A stretch of 63,327 bases of DNA, counting the filler, from Octopus bimaculoides (lineage: Eukaryota), in the NCBI RefSeq assembly GCF_001194135.2. It is 4 parts of 4 records of this genome, joined end to end, with 100 filler letters (N's around TTAATTAATTAA, not from the genome) between each part and the next. Parts side by side here need not be neighbours in the genome. Positions count along the whole stretch, not along the records: positions 18,433 to 38,002 come from NC_068993.1; 3 more parts are not named here. One strand, given 5' to 3'. The translations under genes and the position numbers were made by a program. Numbering within the stretch: the stretch's first letter is position 1; each line of letters begins with the position of its first letter. Below, one piece after another: positions 24,385 to 36,960 of the stretch. The notes under the pieces were generated by a model. That model was not told the origin of the DNA and searched no databases. It saw only the letters and a program-made list of their open reading frames with translations.

Positions 24385-24854
24385 AATGTTCATAATTCCT
24401 CATCTCTTAAATATAGAACATCTTCGTTATCTTTCTGAATCCTGCTGCATTTCAAATGGTCCTCCAAAGTTGTCTTGGTGTCTAAGTCGATCTACCTTTT
24501 TAGGTTGTAAATTTTGGTCTGAAAAATTCCGTTTGTATGCCAGAAAATTTGACACATCTTGAAATTCCTTGTGATTCCACTTTGTCTGTCCACATTTAAA
24601 ACTCTTTAGCATTCAGATTATTTTGTCAACTGTAATGTTTATTTATTCATATTGTTTTGAATTAATTATACGTTATCTCATAGCTGTGAGATTTTGATAC
24701 TGTGATTGTTTATGTTTTGATTGATGTTGTATGGTAGGTGTGAGAGGCCAGATCTAGATGGTTTGAACATTAACAAGTAGAATATTTGAAGAGCAGAGGT
24801 TGTACTGAACTTGATGTTCTTGAAACATTGCATTCACTAGATTTAGAAAAATAT

Positions 24855-25166
24855 TGGTTTCCAATTGCAGCACAAGGCCAGCAATTTCAGAGAAGAGGCA
24901 CTAGCGTAGCTAGAGTGTGTGCCACTTGGGATGGCCCCTCGGTTTTCCACCCATCAGGCCCCTACAAAAAATACATATTGATTACAGCAGGCCCAAAATT
25001 GGTGCCACCCAGTGCAGATTGCTCCCTCTGCCCCCTCTAACTATACTAATGAGGAGGGAGTAAGTTGATTACATCAACCCCAGTGCTCAACTGGTATTTA
25101 TTTTATTGACTCCAAAAGGATTAAAGGCAAAGTCACCTCAGCGGAATTCTAGCTCAGAATGTAAAA
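24855..25166 (-). mobile_element. SINE-B interrupted by a 153-bp insertion
   Basis: CACAAGGCCAGCAATTT (tail) and GATTACATCAACCCCAG..AAAGGCAAAGTC (body) flank 24899-25051. Confidence 0.75.
24899..25051. mobile_element. putative hAT-type MITE
   Basis: Degenerate TIRs CACTAGCGTAGCTAG / CTAACTATACTAATG (11 of 15); TSD not clean. Confidence 0.5.
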
Positions 25167-25854
25167 TAAATAAATAAATGCGCCCTTTTAAAGCCTAGCC
25201 AGGCTCATGGGCCTGGTTTCCCGGTTTCAATGGCGTATGGATTCACAACCCCTAACTTTCTTGGATTTGGACACAAAATTGTAATTAACAATCAAGTGAT
25301 CAATTATGTTCTATAAGCTTGGGGTTCTTGCTCTGAATTGGTATGCTGAATGGCTTTCATAGAAAGTATGTGAGTAGGTCGAGATGCCAACGTAATATTC
25401 TGTGTATGTATGTAGATTATTTTCAGTTAATTGCAGAGGAGATCTATTCTAAGTACAAAATAGCAAGTTTCTATTGATGCAAAGCTTAAAAACAAAGAAT
25501 TTTACTGCAATCAAAAGAACAAAGTAAGAAATAATAGTAGCACAATTAAACAGATTTACTCTGAGAATTAGCTTCAGATGTTATTGTTTACATGAGTGGA
25601 AAGCCTTTTAACAAATTTCATTATAGATTTTATACTTTCTAATGACTTGTCTGGTTAATGGAGCTTCTGCTAATAGGAGATACTTTGTTTATTCACCAGT
25701 GCTTTTGAACATCAGTTCATCCTTTTGCTCTGCTAATTTTATGTGCAACTTGGCATAAAATTGCTTAAAAGACTTCCCAGATTTTCCAGTCATGAATAAA
25801 AGGTACACTTTTATTGGTTAGTCCACATTTCTCTGTAAGGAATACAGGGTCACT

Positions 25855-26040
25855 TTCCTGGTTTCTCTGGAAGGGATGCCAGTCTGCTGCAGGATTACTC
25901 ATTTTTACCAGCTAAGTAGATTGGAACAACATAAAATGAAGTGGTTTTTCTCAAGAACACAATACATCATCTGGTCCAGGAATTGAAACCATAATTTTAC
26001 GATCATGAATCCAACACCTTAACCACTAAGCCACACACCT
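25855..26040 (-). mobile_element. tRNA/CORE-like SINE (family D), decayed; related tail at 25180-25240
   Basis: CTCAAGAACACAA..GGTCCAGGAATTGAAACC..CTTAACCACTAAGCCAC. Confidence 0.7.
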
Positions 26041-26202
26041 GCACAGAGACTTTTATTGGTCTCTGTAAGTTAAAATTGATCTGAGTAGGTTCAAATCCAT
26101 AAAGGTCAAACAAAAGATCTATTTATTGTAAAGTATTCAGTCAACCTCTCTACTGTCTGTTTTAATGTCATTGCCTCACTTTGATCTGAATAATTAATTA
26201 AT

Positions 26203-26420
26203 TGGTGCAAGCAGAGCTGTTTGGTTGAGAAGTTTGCTTCCCAAATACAGGGTTTCAAGTTTGGTCCCACTGCATGGCACCTTGGGTAAGTATGTATCTT
26301 CTACTATAGCTCTGGGCCAACCAAAACCTTGTGAGTGAATTTGATGGACAGAAATTGAAAGTGGCCTGTTGTGTGAGTGTGTGTGTGTATGTGAGTGTGT
26401 GTGTATGTGAGTGTGTGGGG
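26203..26420 (+). mobile_element. SINE-A 5' half, decayed
   Basis: GGCACCTTGGGTAAGT..CTACTATAGC..CCTTGTGAGTGAATTTG. Confidence 0.75.
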
Positions 26421-26424
26421 GGAT

Positions 26425-26700
26425 GGTGTTCATTCTACAAAGCTCTGGCTGGGCTTGGAGTTGCTGGTGCAGCAAAGAGGAGGGTTATGAATTCCATCAC
26501 TAAAACTGCAGAGAAGGTCACTAAGTGGATTTGGATAAAGCGGGGAGACTATTGGTTTGTTGATATGGAGATGCAAGCTGGTACCTGATCAACCCCCAGC
26601 TGTGTTAACTGGGCAAGAGGGTCTGATGTTAGAAGACCCCCAAATCCTCTGAGACCCAGAAACATCAATGCCAATGAATCCCATCCAAAAGATGTAACTT
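26425..26700 (+). mobile_element. HERO/NeSL-like RLE LINE extreme 3' end
   Basis: SFYKALAGLGVAGAAKRRVMNSITKTAEKVTKWIWIKRG resembles the RLE C-terminus ...ALGITGA.RRRAI..AAEKASRWLW.KR, followed by a UTR. Confidence 0.65.
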
Positions 26701-26719
26701 AAAGATCAAAACTGAACAA

Positions 26720-26955
26720 TATATGTGTGTTAGTGTGTGTACATGTTTCTTTGTCTGGATATCATGTGATTGGTGTAAATAATATCATTCTTTTCCAATA
26801 TTCTGCAAAAAACATGTGGCTACAGGGTAAAATATGTTGCCTGGAAACAGGTTAAAGCTGATGACTGGAAGATCATTCAGGCCTAGAAAATCTGCCTTAG
26901 TAAACTCTGTCTGACCCATGCAAGCATGGAAAAGTGGACATTAGAACACTGATGA
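26720..26955 (+). mobile_element. SINE tail (family G)
   Basis: GAAAATCTGCCT..CTGACCCATGCAAGCATGGAAAAGTGGAC. Confidence 0.6.
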
Positions 26956-27458
26956 TTAATAAAGAAAAGCTGGGCAAAAAGATAATACCAATTGTTTTTG
27001 TAAGGACATGATATTTTTCAGTTAAGTTCACTGTTATAGGATTATCTAATATTTGTTACTGCAGTTGTAAATATATGTTATCTGTGAAAGATGTTACATA
27101 TCCTCACCAGTAGCCACATCATCACCACCACCACCATCATCCTCATCATCATCATCATCATCACAATTCATTTAATCTGTTTCTCATATTTAAATTAGTT
27201 AAACTAGTTCTACTGTGCTGTATAATTTAGGAAGTGTTTATATTTAGAATTGCAGGTAACATTGTGTTAGCATCGTTTGTGTATCTTGTGCAAAAGTCTT
27301 ACGGATGAATAACCCTTCTAATAACAACCATATTTATTTAAATATAGAAGATCTTATCCAAGTTTGTTTCGTTTTTATGACTTTTTGTTAGATATTATTG
27401 ACAGCTGAAATATCGTAAAAACATTGTAAAAACTGCAACTAATTACTATGATGGCAAA

Positions 27459-27504
<46 letters not shown>

Positions 27505-28311
27505 NNNNNNNNNNNNNNNNNNNNNNNNNNNNNNNNNNNNNNNNNNNNNNNNNNNNNNNNNNNNNNNNNNNNNNNNNNNNNNNNNNNNNNNNNNNNNNNN
27601 NNNNNNNNNNNNNNNNNNNNNNNNNNNNNNNNNNNNNNNNNNNNNNNNNNNNNNNNNNNNNNNNNNNNNNNNNNNNNNNNNNNNNNNNNNNNNNNNNNNN
27701 NNNNNNNNNNNNNNNNNNNNNNNNNNNNNNNNNNNNNNNNNNNNNNNNNNNNNNNNNNNNNNNNNNNNNNNNNNNNNNNNNNNNNNNNNNNNNNNNNNNN
27801 NNNNNNNNNNNNNNATATATTACAATGAGTCAGACAAATATTTCATAGTCCTGCTGTCAAAACGGTGAATGCATTACCTCTTAAGAATGGTGAAAGTAGG
27901 TGCACCGAAAGAGCTATTCTTCCTAAATATTAATTCTGAGTTTGAAATTCTTTATGATAAAGCTTATCTATTTATTTATTTATTTATTTATTTATTTTCT
28001 TCTTTCTCATATCCATGTATGAGTCTTTGGTTTTGTTAAACATACTTTTGGTGGGGAAAATAGCCTTTAGTTTATTTTCCAATTATAATTTTTGTTGTAG
28101 AAGCTGAAAAATCTGATAGACTGTTCACCTAGATCTTCAAAACAAAGAAAAATCTAGTTATCTAGAGCAACATCAAAACTCTTTGGCAAAAACTTTGAAC
28201 AAGATTCCTTTTGGCATGCTCATCTGTATTACCTGGATATTGAATACTTGAAAAGTCTATGGTGCAGTGAAATATGTAAGAAAGACTTCTCTCTGCCAGA
28301 AAAAGAAATAT

Positions 28312-28480
28312 TGGTGCAGTCGTGGCTGTGTGGTTAAGAAACTCACCTTGCAACCATGTGATGTGGAATTCAGTCCCACTGCACAGCACTTTAGGCAAGT
28401 GTCTTATACTTTTGCCCTGGGTTGAACAATGCTTTGTGAGTGAATTTGGTAGACAAACTCTGTGAAAGCCTGTTGCATAT
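28312..28480 (+). mobile_element. SINE-A 5' half
   Basis: GTGGCTGTGTGG..TTCAGTCCCACTGCA..GGCAAGTGTCTT. Confidence 0.75.
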
Positions 28481-29104
28481 ATATTCATACACTCATACAT
28501 GTATGTCTCTTCTATTTTGTAATTATTATAAACCTTCCACTGAGGAGGGAACCAGTTTCCAACAAAGATACAAGGCTCCATCTTTGAGATGTAGTTAACA
28601 CAGACAAATTCACATTTGGAACTTGAGAAAAGTCTTGCATATTTTTACTGTTCCACTCACAGATTGCACTTGTATGAATCAACTGGTCAATTTCTCTCTC
28701 TGAAAACCCCAGTTTATCCAGATTCTCCTTTAAGCATTTACTAACAAAACCTAGTGCTTTAATTATTATTGGTATGAATATGAATTCATGTATGTTGTAG
28801 GTGTGTATGTACATACATATGTACATATGTATGTATGCTAGTTCTTCTCTTTCTCTTTTGATTTTAGAGTAAATTTTGACCAACCACCTACTTTGTAGCA
28901 AGGTTGTGAAGGGAAGTATCTTATATCAGCCATCTTCCTTTACATCTTAAGATGTATGTATGTGTGTGTGTATGTGTCACTGTATGTATGCATCTGTTTA
29001 TTTGCTTGTATGTTTGTCTATCTGTATATCTATCTATCTGTCTGTCTGACTGTCTGTCTGTCTATTTCTTTCTTCCTTCCTTCCTTCCTTTCTTTCTTTC
29101 TTTT

Positions 29105-29136
<32 letters not shown>

Positions 29137-29149
29137 TTTCTTTCTTTCT

Positions 29150-29378
29150 TTTGGTTTGTCTCCCATCCAACTGCTTGACAACTGGTGTTGTTTAGTTCAC
29201 ATCCTCGTAACTTAGCAGTTCAGCAAAAAAAAAAAAAAAAGACTGATAGAATAAGTATCAGACTAAAAAAAAAGGAAAAGAAGTACAGGGGTTGATTTGT
29301 TTGACTAAACCCTTCAAGATGGTGCCCCAGAAGGGTCATGTTCCAATGACTGACACAAGTAAAAGATAATACTAATAG
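29150..29378 (+). mobile_element. SINE-A 3' half (possibly the same copy as 28312)
   Basis: GCTTGACAACTGG..GTAACTTAGCAGTTC..GATAGAATAAGTA..ACAAGTAAAAG. Confidence 0.75.
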
Positions 29379-29719
29379 ATAAAAATATTGGTAGATAATT
29401 AGTCTTTTGTCTACATGCTATTCCTTCATTTAATGCACACTTGTTTTATCTATTTACAAAGTCACCTTAAGATCTCTTACTTTTTATCTAAAATTTCAAT
29501 ATCCCATTATATATTTAGTAAATTATTATTCATGTATTCTTCCTCTATGTAGATTACGCATAATCATATAACCTTTGTTAATGAAATTCTTATGCAATTT
29601 ATTCACATATGCAGGTAACTAAATTTACATAGGAGGTGATAAATAATAAGGTTTTAACATATAATCAATAATAAGATATTGTGGCCTTGTTACAGACGTA
29701 TGGATTATATTAAAAAGCA

Positions 29720-30125
29720 GGAGAAACTTGGAGAAAATGGCTGCCAAGATCACTCAGTGTTTGAATGCATTCTACCAGTGGTGTGTATGCAAAATAACTA
29801 AGATCATTTATGAGGCCAGAATCACAAACTCTGGCGTTATGAGAAGAGCCAATGTGTGCAGCCTGCAGGAAATTGTGGCAGGGAGAAGAGTGAGACTTGC
29901 ATGTCATGTTTCTCGACTGCTAAAAGGATGAATACCCAAGACAAGCTATACAATGGGAATCGCCTGAGGAATGAAGAAGAAAGAGAAGGAGTCTCAAGAA
30001 GACATGGTGTGTCACCTTCCTAAGAAGATCTGAAACAGCTTAGCATCACTTGGAAAGATGCAGGCAACTATACAAGTGTATTGCTGTCCAATGTACAGGC
30101 CAACTGTACAAGAGAAAATAAGACT
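29720..30125 (+). mobile_element. RTE-clade LINE 3' relic
   Basis: ETW..AAKITQCLNAFYQWC..RITNSGVMRR..RRVRLACHV..KKTW..EDL, the RTE thumb/C-terminal pattern. Confidence 0.78.
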
Positions 30126-31898
30126 AAGACAGGGACAAGCTGTTTGTTTATTTACAGTATATTTTGTGCACACATAATTTGATTGTTCCATGTTTGACTT
30201 ATTCACTATGAGCATTTTTCAATTCCCTTTTGATATTTTTCAATTACCCAAATTAAGCCAGATCCATATGTTTCAGCAATAGTTTTTACACACTTTAAAC
30301 TATTCTGATAACCAAAGTTGAGATCATACAGGTTAAATTCAACTAGATTAATCACAACCTAATGTAATTGATAATGAAAACAACAAAATAGTATCCATTC
30401 TTGCTTGATTGAAAACTATCTTTTCACAAACTTTATCTACAATGAAGATTTATTTATTAAAGAATTTCATTATGCAATTAAAAAATAAGTTACATATTCG
30501 CTAGAATGTGAACATCAATAGTCTTTAATTCACTGAAATGACAAGAATATTTTAAATATATTTGATTCTTTTGCGATCAATTGTAAAAATGTAAATTTTC
30601 GGAATTAATTTATTCATATCAAAAAGAAAAATATCCTAAGCAATTTACGTCAGAAATTAACTTATGCAGTTGACATCATTTGTGTATGCAATTAACTAAT
30701 CAGTTTTACCTAAGTTTGATAATAAATGTGTCAGCATTTTGAAAATTTATGCAATTAACTGAATTATATGATTATCCAGTTTGCAATTAAGTGGAATTGA
30801 CTGAATGGAAGGTATGTATGTCACAATTACTTGTTTGTTCTTGTAATCTCTTGATGAGCATTGTTGTTTGATGCCTGTGTTTGTGAAATAAATGTATAAC
30901 ATTGCCTTCAGAGGGAGAGGGAGAGAGAGAGAGAGAGCCTGTCAGTAAAACCCTACCACTTTATTATAAGACCAATCTTCTATATGAAATATTGGTTTTA
31001 TACTGAAGATTGGTTTTAATAAAGTGGTACAGTTTTTTTTTTTTTTTTTCTTGAGAGTGTTGCAAAATGCAAAAGTCCATGTATTTAGTGCACTGTCTAT
31101 TCTTGGTACAAGCCATAATGCTGGTGGTATTTCCATGATCAAATGATGATACTGAAATTTATTGAAACAACCAAGAAACTTCTTTTTTATCATTGCAAGT
31201 GTCAGAGAAATAACAGCCAAACAACTTTTAGTAGACAGCAATTGAAGGACCATGTACATCCTAAAGGCAAAAGATACCAGTTGGTCAAGTATGGTTATTT
31301 GTGATTTTTCCTCACCTTTGTTTTACATGAAGCTGAAGTATTCTCAGTCAAGGATTGTGCAATGTGACATACACCGAAAATGTCAACCATTGTTACATCC
31401 TAGAACAAACATTTCTTGTACTGCCATGGGAAAGCTGGATGCTTCTGCTCAAGCCAAAAGGTTTGACAATTTATGTGGATAAATACATGTCGAATGAGGT
31501 TGTTGACTGCAACATGACAAGTAAAAACAACTGTCATTGAATTTGCAAGACAAGCTTTGGTTACTCCACCCATCCATAGGATTGCTACACCCACATAAGA
31601 TTGGTTGGTACACTGCTGTTCCAATGCACAGTCAACATTGTTCAGTAACTTTCCCAGAGGAATGATAAGGAATACATGAAGCCTGGTACCAGAATTTGGC
31701 AATGCTGAACTAGCAGGGGATTTCTATGCCATTGATCTGTCCCAGCAGGTAATTTAACCAGAGGATGTGTACTCTTAATATTGTCCCAGTATTGCTGAGA
31801 AGTCTTCTGCATTTGATTGTAAAGGTCCACAAGCGAATAGTCATTTTTAGATCTATCAATATTTGAAGATAAACTGATGAAGAGGATGTCAAAGCAAG

Positions 31899-33190
31899 TA
31901 TCAGGCTGAATTAAAAGTTAGCAGTGTTTTGAAAATTGAAATTTGTCACAATATATTTCAACAATGTGGAAATTTTATTAATCAAAATAAGTACCATTAC
32001 AATCAACACATTTTTGCCAATGAGTTACAAGTTTGTTTATTCCAGTAACATAAAAATCTGGAGTTCTGGAGTTGATGAACTCTTTGAATACACATTCAGC
32101 TCTGGTTTGATTTTTGAACTCCTTCTCTCGCAGGAAACCTTCAAGTTGCTTGAAAAAGTGGAAGTCGGTAAGAGACAGGTCTGGGGAATTAGCTGGCTGG
32201 GGAAGAACTTTGTAATCAAGTTCCCTCAACTTCTGGAGCATCATTACTGAAACGTGTGGTTGAGCATTGTCATGAAGAATGATTGGCCCTCTTCTGTTGA
32301 CTAGTCTGGGACGGAGGAGTAGCAGTTTTTCATTATTTTGACAATTTCATGGCAATATGTTTCTGCAGTAATGGTTTTTCCAGGTTTTAAGAAGTTATAG
32401 TGGATGAGTCCAGCAGTTCACCACCAAACAATCACCATAACCTTCTTTTTGAAGAGCTGAGGTTTAGGGAAGGTTTTCAGTGCTTCATTTTGGTCCAACC
32501 ACTGCAAAGAATGTTTTTTATTGTTGTACAGAATCCACTTTTCATCGCTAGTTACAATACGGTTGAGAAAAGGATCAGTCTGGTTATGGAGAAGAAGTGA
32601 CAAGCAAATTTTGTATCTGCACATTTGCTGATTTTCATTCAAATCATGTGGTACCCATTTGTTGAACTTTTTTGATTTTCTGATCGCATGCAAATGGTTG
32701 CAGGCAGTTTTCTGGTTAACTTGAAGTTCTTTTGCCAGTTCTCGAGTGGTTTTACATGGCTCTTTCTCAATGACGGTCCTTAATTGACCGTCATCGATGA
32801 CAAATGGGCATCCACTACATTCATGATCTTTAAGGCTCAGGTCTCCACTGCAAAATCATTTAAACCATTTTTGAGCTGACCACTCACTGGTCATTTCCTC
32901 ATCAAATGTTTTGTTGATATCGCAAGCAATTTCAACTGCTTTATGTCCTTTTTTTTAAAGTTGAATATAGCAAAATTGCTCAAATATCACGCTTTAACAG
33001 TTCTATTTCAGATGATTGTAACAACGACAAAAATATCAATGTTAATTTATTGATGCATTTGGACAAGTCTATGTCTGTATTATCAAACAATTTATTAAAA
33101 AAATACTTTAAAAAATTTCAAAACTCTGCAAAATTCCAGTACAAATTCTTCATGGCTCAAAATGTTGCTTACTTTTTACTCAATCTGATA
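31899..33190 (-). mobile_element. full-length decayed mariner (D,D34D), about 1.29 kb
   Basis: TA-bounded TIRs (26 of 34 match); WVPHDL, VTSDEKW, HDNAQPH, NSPDLSLTDFHFF; stops and frameshifts. Confidence 0.93.
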
Positions 33191-33748
33191 TAAATGGAAA
33201 TGATGAATAAAATGATAACAAGAAGCATGTTGGGGCAAGGCTAGAAGTAGACATGATTCTGATGTCTCCAAAACAAATGTAGTCAAGCAGGCATCCATGA
33301 ACTCTCTATGTTGTGGATTATCTATACAGGTTTCTTGTTGTTCTGAGATCACTTATTTGTGTAGGTGATTTTGTTTTTCATCTATAAATAACAAGGAAAT
33401 ACAGACAAGTCTTTCTGACTGAAGGAGAATTTGTTAATTACCCTTGTCATGAGGTATATTAGAGTGTTAGAATTAATTATCTCTTTATAATTTTATGTTG
33501 AAGACCAGCTTAGCTGATTGGAAGTAGTAAATATGTGGTAGAACTGCTTCTTTTTATCATAAGACAGGAGCTCATTTACATAACTACACGTGGCTATATT
33601 AATGATATCACTCTTTAACTTAGGCATTTACGAATAGCAGCTCTGTGAAGGGACATCTACATGGCCATTGAACTTGTTAGAAATAGCAGCCAAAAAGTCT
33701 TGAAATCATACTATCTGAAAAAAAAAAGAAGCAAATAAACATTGGTTA

Positions 33749-33922
33749 GCAGGAGTGGCTGTGTGGTAAGTAGCTTGATTACCAACCACATGGTCCTGGG
33801 TTCAGTCCCACTGCGTGGCTCCTTGGGCAAGTGTTTTCTACTATAACCTCGGGCCGACCACAGCCTTGTGAGTGGATTTCGTAGACAGAAATTGGAAGAA
33901 GCCCGTTGTATATGTATGTATG

Positions 33923-33957
<35 letters not shown>

Positions 33958-34634
33958 TCTTTTACTCTTTTACTTGTTTCAGTCATTTGACTGTGGCCAT
34001 GCTGGAGCACCGCCTTTAGTCGAGCTAATCGACCCTAGGACTTATTCTTTGGAAGCCTANNNNNNNNNNNNNNNNNNNNNNNNNNNNNNNNNNNNNNNNN
34101 NNNNNNNNNNNNNNNNNNNNNNNNNNNNNNNNNNNNNNNNNNNNNNNNNNNNNNNNNNNNNNNNNNNNNNNNNNNNNNNNNNNNNNNNNNNNNNNNNNNN
34201 NNNNNNNNNNNNNNNNNNNNNNNNNNNNNNNNNNNNNNNNNNNNNNNNNNNNNNNNNNNNNNNNNNNNNNNNNNNNNNNNNNNNNNNNNNNNNNNNNNNN
34301 NNNNNNNNNNNNNNNNNNNNNNNNNNNNNNNNNNNNNNNNNNNNNNNNNNNNNNNNNNNNNNNNNNNNNNNNNNNNNNNNNNNNNNNNNNNNNNNNNNNN
34401 NNNNNNNNNNNNNNNNNNNNNNNNNNNNNNNNNNNNNNNNNNNNNNNNNNNNNNNNNNNNNNNNNNNNNNNNNNNNNNCCCGTAACTTAGCGGTTCAGCA
34501 AAAGAGACCAATAGAATAAGTGCTAGGCTTACAAAGAATAAGCTCTGGGGTCGATTTGCTCGACTATAAAGGCGGTGCTCCAGCATGGCTGCAGTCAAAT
34601 GACTGGAACAAGTAAAAGAGTAAAAAGAGTAAAA
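33749..34634 (+). mobile_element. SINE-A (5' half 33749-33955, 3' half 34479-34634) enclosing an antisense SINE-A
   Basis: Both halves match the 44015 copy; an N gap lies between them. Confidence 0.8.
33956..34059 (-). mobile_element. SINE-A 3' end nested in the (TA)n of another SINE-A
   Basis: CTCTTTTACTTGTTTCAGTCATTTGACTGTGGCC begins immediately after (TA)n. Confidence 0.85.
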
Positions 34635-34784
34635 CCTTAGGTACACTATACCCAGAGTTAAAAGGATAAGCTGGTTACAAGTGGTATATCTGATAATTTA
34701 GTCTGTTCAGTCAAGGCTGACTTGGAGCTAAATGGTCACAATCACCGACCATGTATTCCTGTCAAGAACCATGCGGGCCTGGAC

Positions 34785-34820
<36 letters not shown>

Positions 34821-35404
34821 AACAGACAGACAGACAAACAGACAGACAGATAGAGACAGAGAGAGATGTCTGTTGGACTTTTATGTTGGTCAATTACTTG
34901 TATTGATTTAGTGTTTGCACCACTTAACTTACAGCAAATTTATGTTGGAATAAAGCCCTTTATGAATGATGGCTTTAACAATTAACTGAATAACAAAGAA
35001 AAATAAACAAACAAACAAACAAATAAGCAAAAAGGCTAAAATAAAAACAAAGACAAAAGTTGGATAAGTGCACCGTTAACTATAGAGGTTATTTTAACAA
35101 TCAATAAAACTATCCAATTCAAATGCTATCAGTGGTTTGTAAGACAGTTGTGTAAATATTTAAAGATTATTAAGATTTGAGTAAATTATTTTCTTTGTCA
35201 AACATTGAAGTGTGCAAACTTAGAAGTAATAACATCATGTGGAAGAAAGAAAAAATGACTTAGTAAACCGGTAGTGGTGTGTGTCAGTAAAAAAATATGC
35301 TGTGAAGATCATTGGTATCGATAAGTTTGTATGTCTTGGAGAAAAGGGGAATCTGTTGTTTCAAGTCTGATCCATTGGAATTGTGTAATTAGTGAGCAAG
35401 AACT

Positions 35405-35610
35405 GGACAGGCATGGTTGTGTGGTTAGGAAGTTTGTTTCTTCATAACCTTGTAGTCTTTTGAATTTAGTTCCACTGTGTGGCACATTTGGCAAGTGTCT
35501 TCTACTAAAGAACTGGACTGACCAAAACTTTGTGAATGGATTTGATAGGTAGGAACTAAAAGAAGACCATCATGTGTGTGTATGTATGTATGTATTTATA
35601 TATATAGAGG
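35405..35610 (+). mobile_element. SINE-A 5' half, decayed
   Basis: GGCAAGTGTCTTCTACTA..GTGAATGGATTTG. Confidence 0.7.
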
Positions 35611-35611
35611 T

Positions 35612-35905
35612 CAAGGATAAAGACCCTCATCGGTCATGAATAACAATGGGATTGCACCTAGAAAGTTACCCTCCGAGGCACAAATCCGGGCAAGGCTGCT
35701 TTTATGGAAGACCAGCAGTCACCCATGCATGCCAGTCTCTCCTCTCCATGCCTTCAATGTTATTCAAGGGAAAGGCAAAGGTCAATACTGCTCGATACCA
35801 GTGTCATTACAACTCAGTCCTACAGCTGAAGCAACATGAAAATGAAATGTCTTGATCAAGAACACAACACACAGCCGGTCCAGGAATTGAACTCACTACC
35901 TCATG
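35612..35905 (-). mobile_element. tRNA/CORE-like SINE (family C)
   Basis: GTCTTGATCAAGAACACAACACACAGCCGGTCCAGGAATTGAACTCAC is the reverse of a B-box + CORE-like segment. Confidence 0.7.
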
Positions 35906-36650
35906 TGTGTGTGTGTATGTGTATGTGTATCATCGTCATCATCATCATCATCATTTAACACCCATTTTCCATATTGGAATGGATTGGACTGATTGAGCTG
36001 AGCAAAACCTTACAAATAGATTTGATTGGTAGAAACTGAAAAAAGACCATGAGGTGTGTGTGTGTGTGTGTGTGTGTTTGTGTGTATGTATATATGTATG
36101 TATACATGTATGTATGTATCATCACCATCATCATCATTTAACATCCATTTTTCATATTGGCATGGATCGGGCTTACATATATTAAGGATAGATAAATATG
36201 TACATATGTGTGTGCATGAGTCTGTGTGTGGGTGTGTTTGTGTCTCTTTGTCTTGATATCATGCAATATTTGTAATCAGGCTTCACAATCATATGTGAAA
36301 ATATAGCTGACCATTATGCTGTCTGTGTTCTCACTTTGAAGTGGAAAACCTCATTTTGAAATCATTAACCTCACTTTGAAGTGGCAAGGCCTCATTATTT
36401 TGAAGTTATCATTCATATCAAAAAATGCCTTGTATTTAATGTGGCTGTATTACAGATCAGAGACCACTAAGCATTTCGCCTGGCATGCTAATGTTTCTGC
36501 TTGCTCATCGCCTTAGGAGAAGCAAACTTCTTACCACACAGCCACACCTGCACCTGTTAATTATGTTGATTCACTTGTAATGGAAATTAAAATCAGGTGT
36601 TGGAATAATGCTCCATCTTTGTTTTACCTTCCATGATTCAAATTCAAGAT

Positions 36651-36960
36651 TCTTTTACTTATTCTTTGTTAGCCTAGTACTTATTCTATGAGTCGCTTTT
36701 GCTGAACTGCTAAGTTACGGGGACATAAATACACCAACATCGGTTGTCAAGCGGTGGTGGGAGGACAAACACAGACACACAAAAACATACATAAATATAT
36801 ATGTTACAAGCTTCTTTGAGTTTCCGTCTACTATTTCCACTCACAAGGCTTTGGTTGGCCTGTGGCTATAACAGAAGATACTTGCCTGCCATGCAGTGGG
36901 ACTGAATCCAGAACCATGTGGTTGGGAAGCAAGCTTCTTACCATACAGCCACTCCTGTGC
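36651..36960 (-). mobile_element. SINE-A
   Basis: Near full-length match, partly CpG-decayed. Confidence 0.85.

Noticed and set aside
31240-31850. Several overlapping 60-100 aa ORFs
   Set aside because: No recognisable motif or consistent splice signals.
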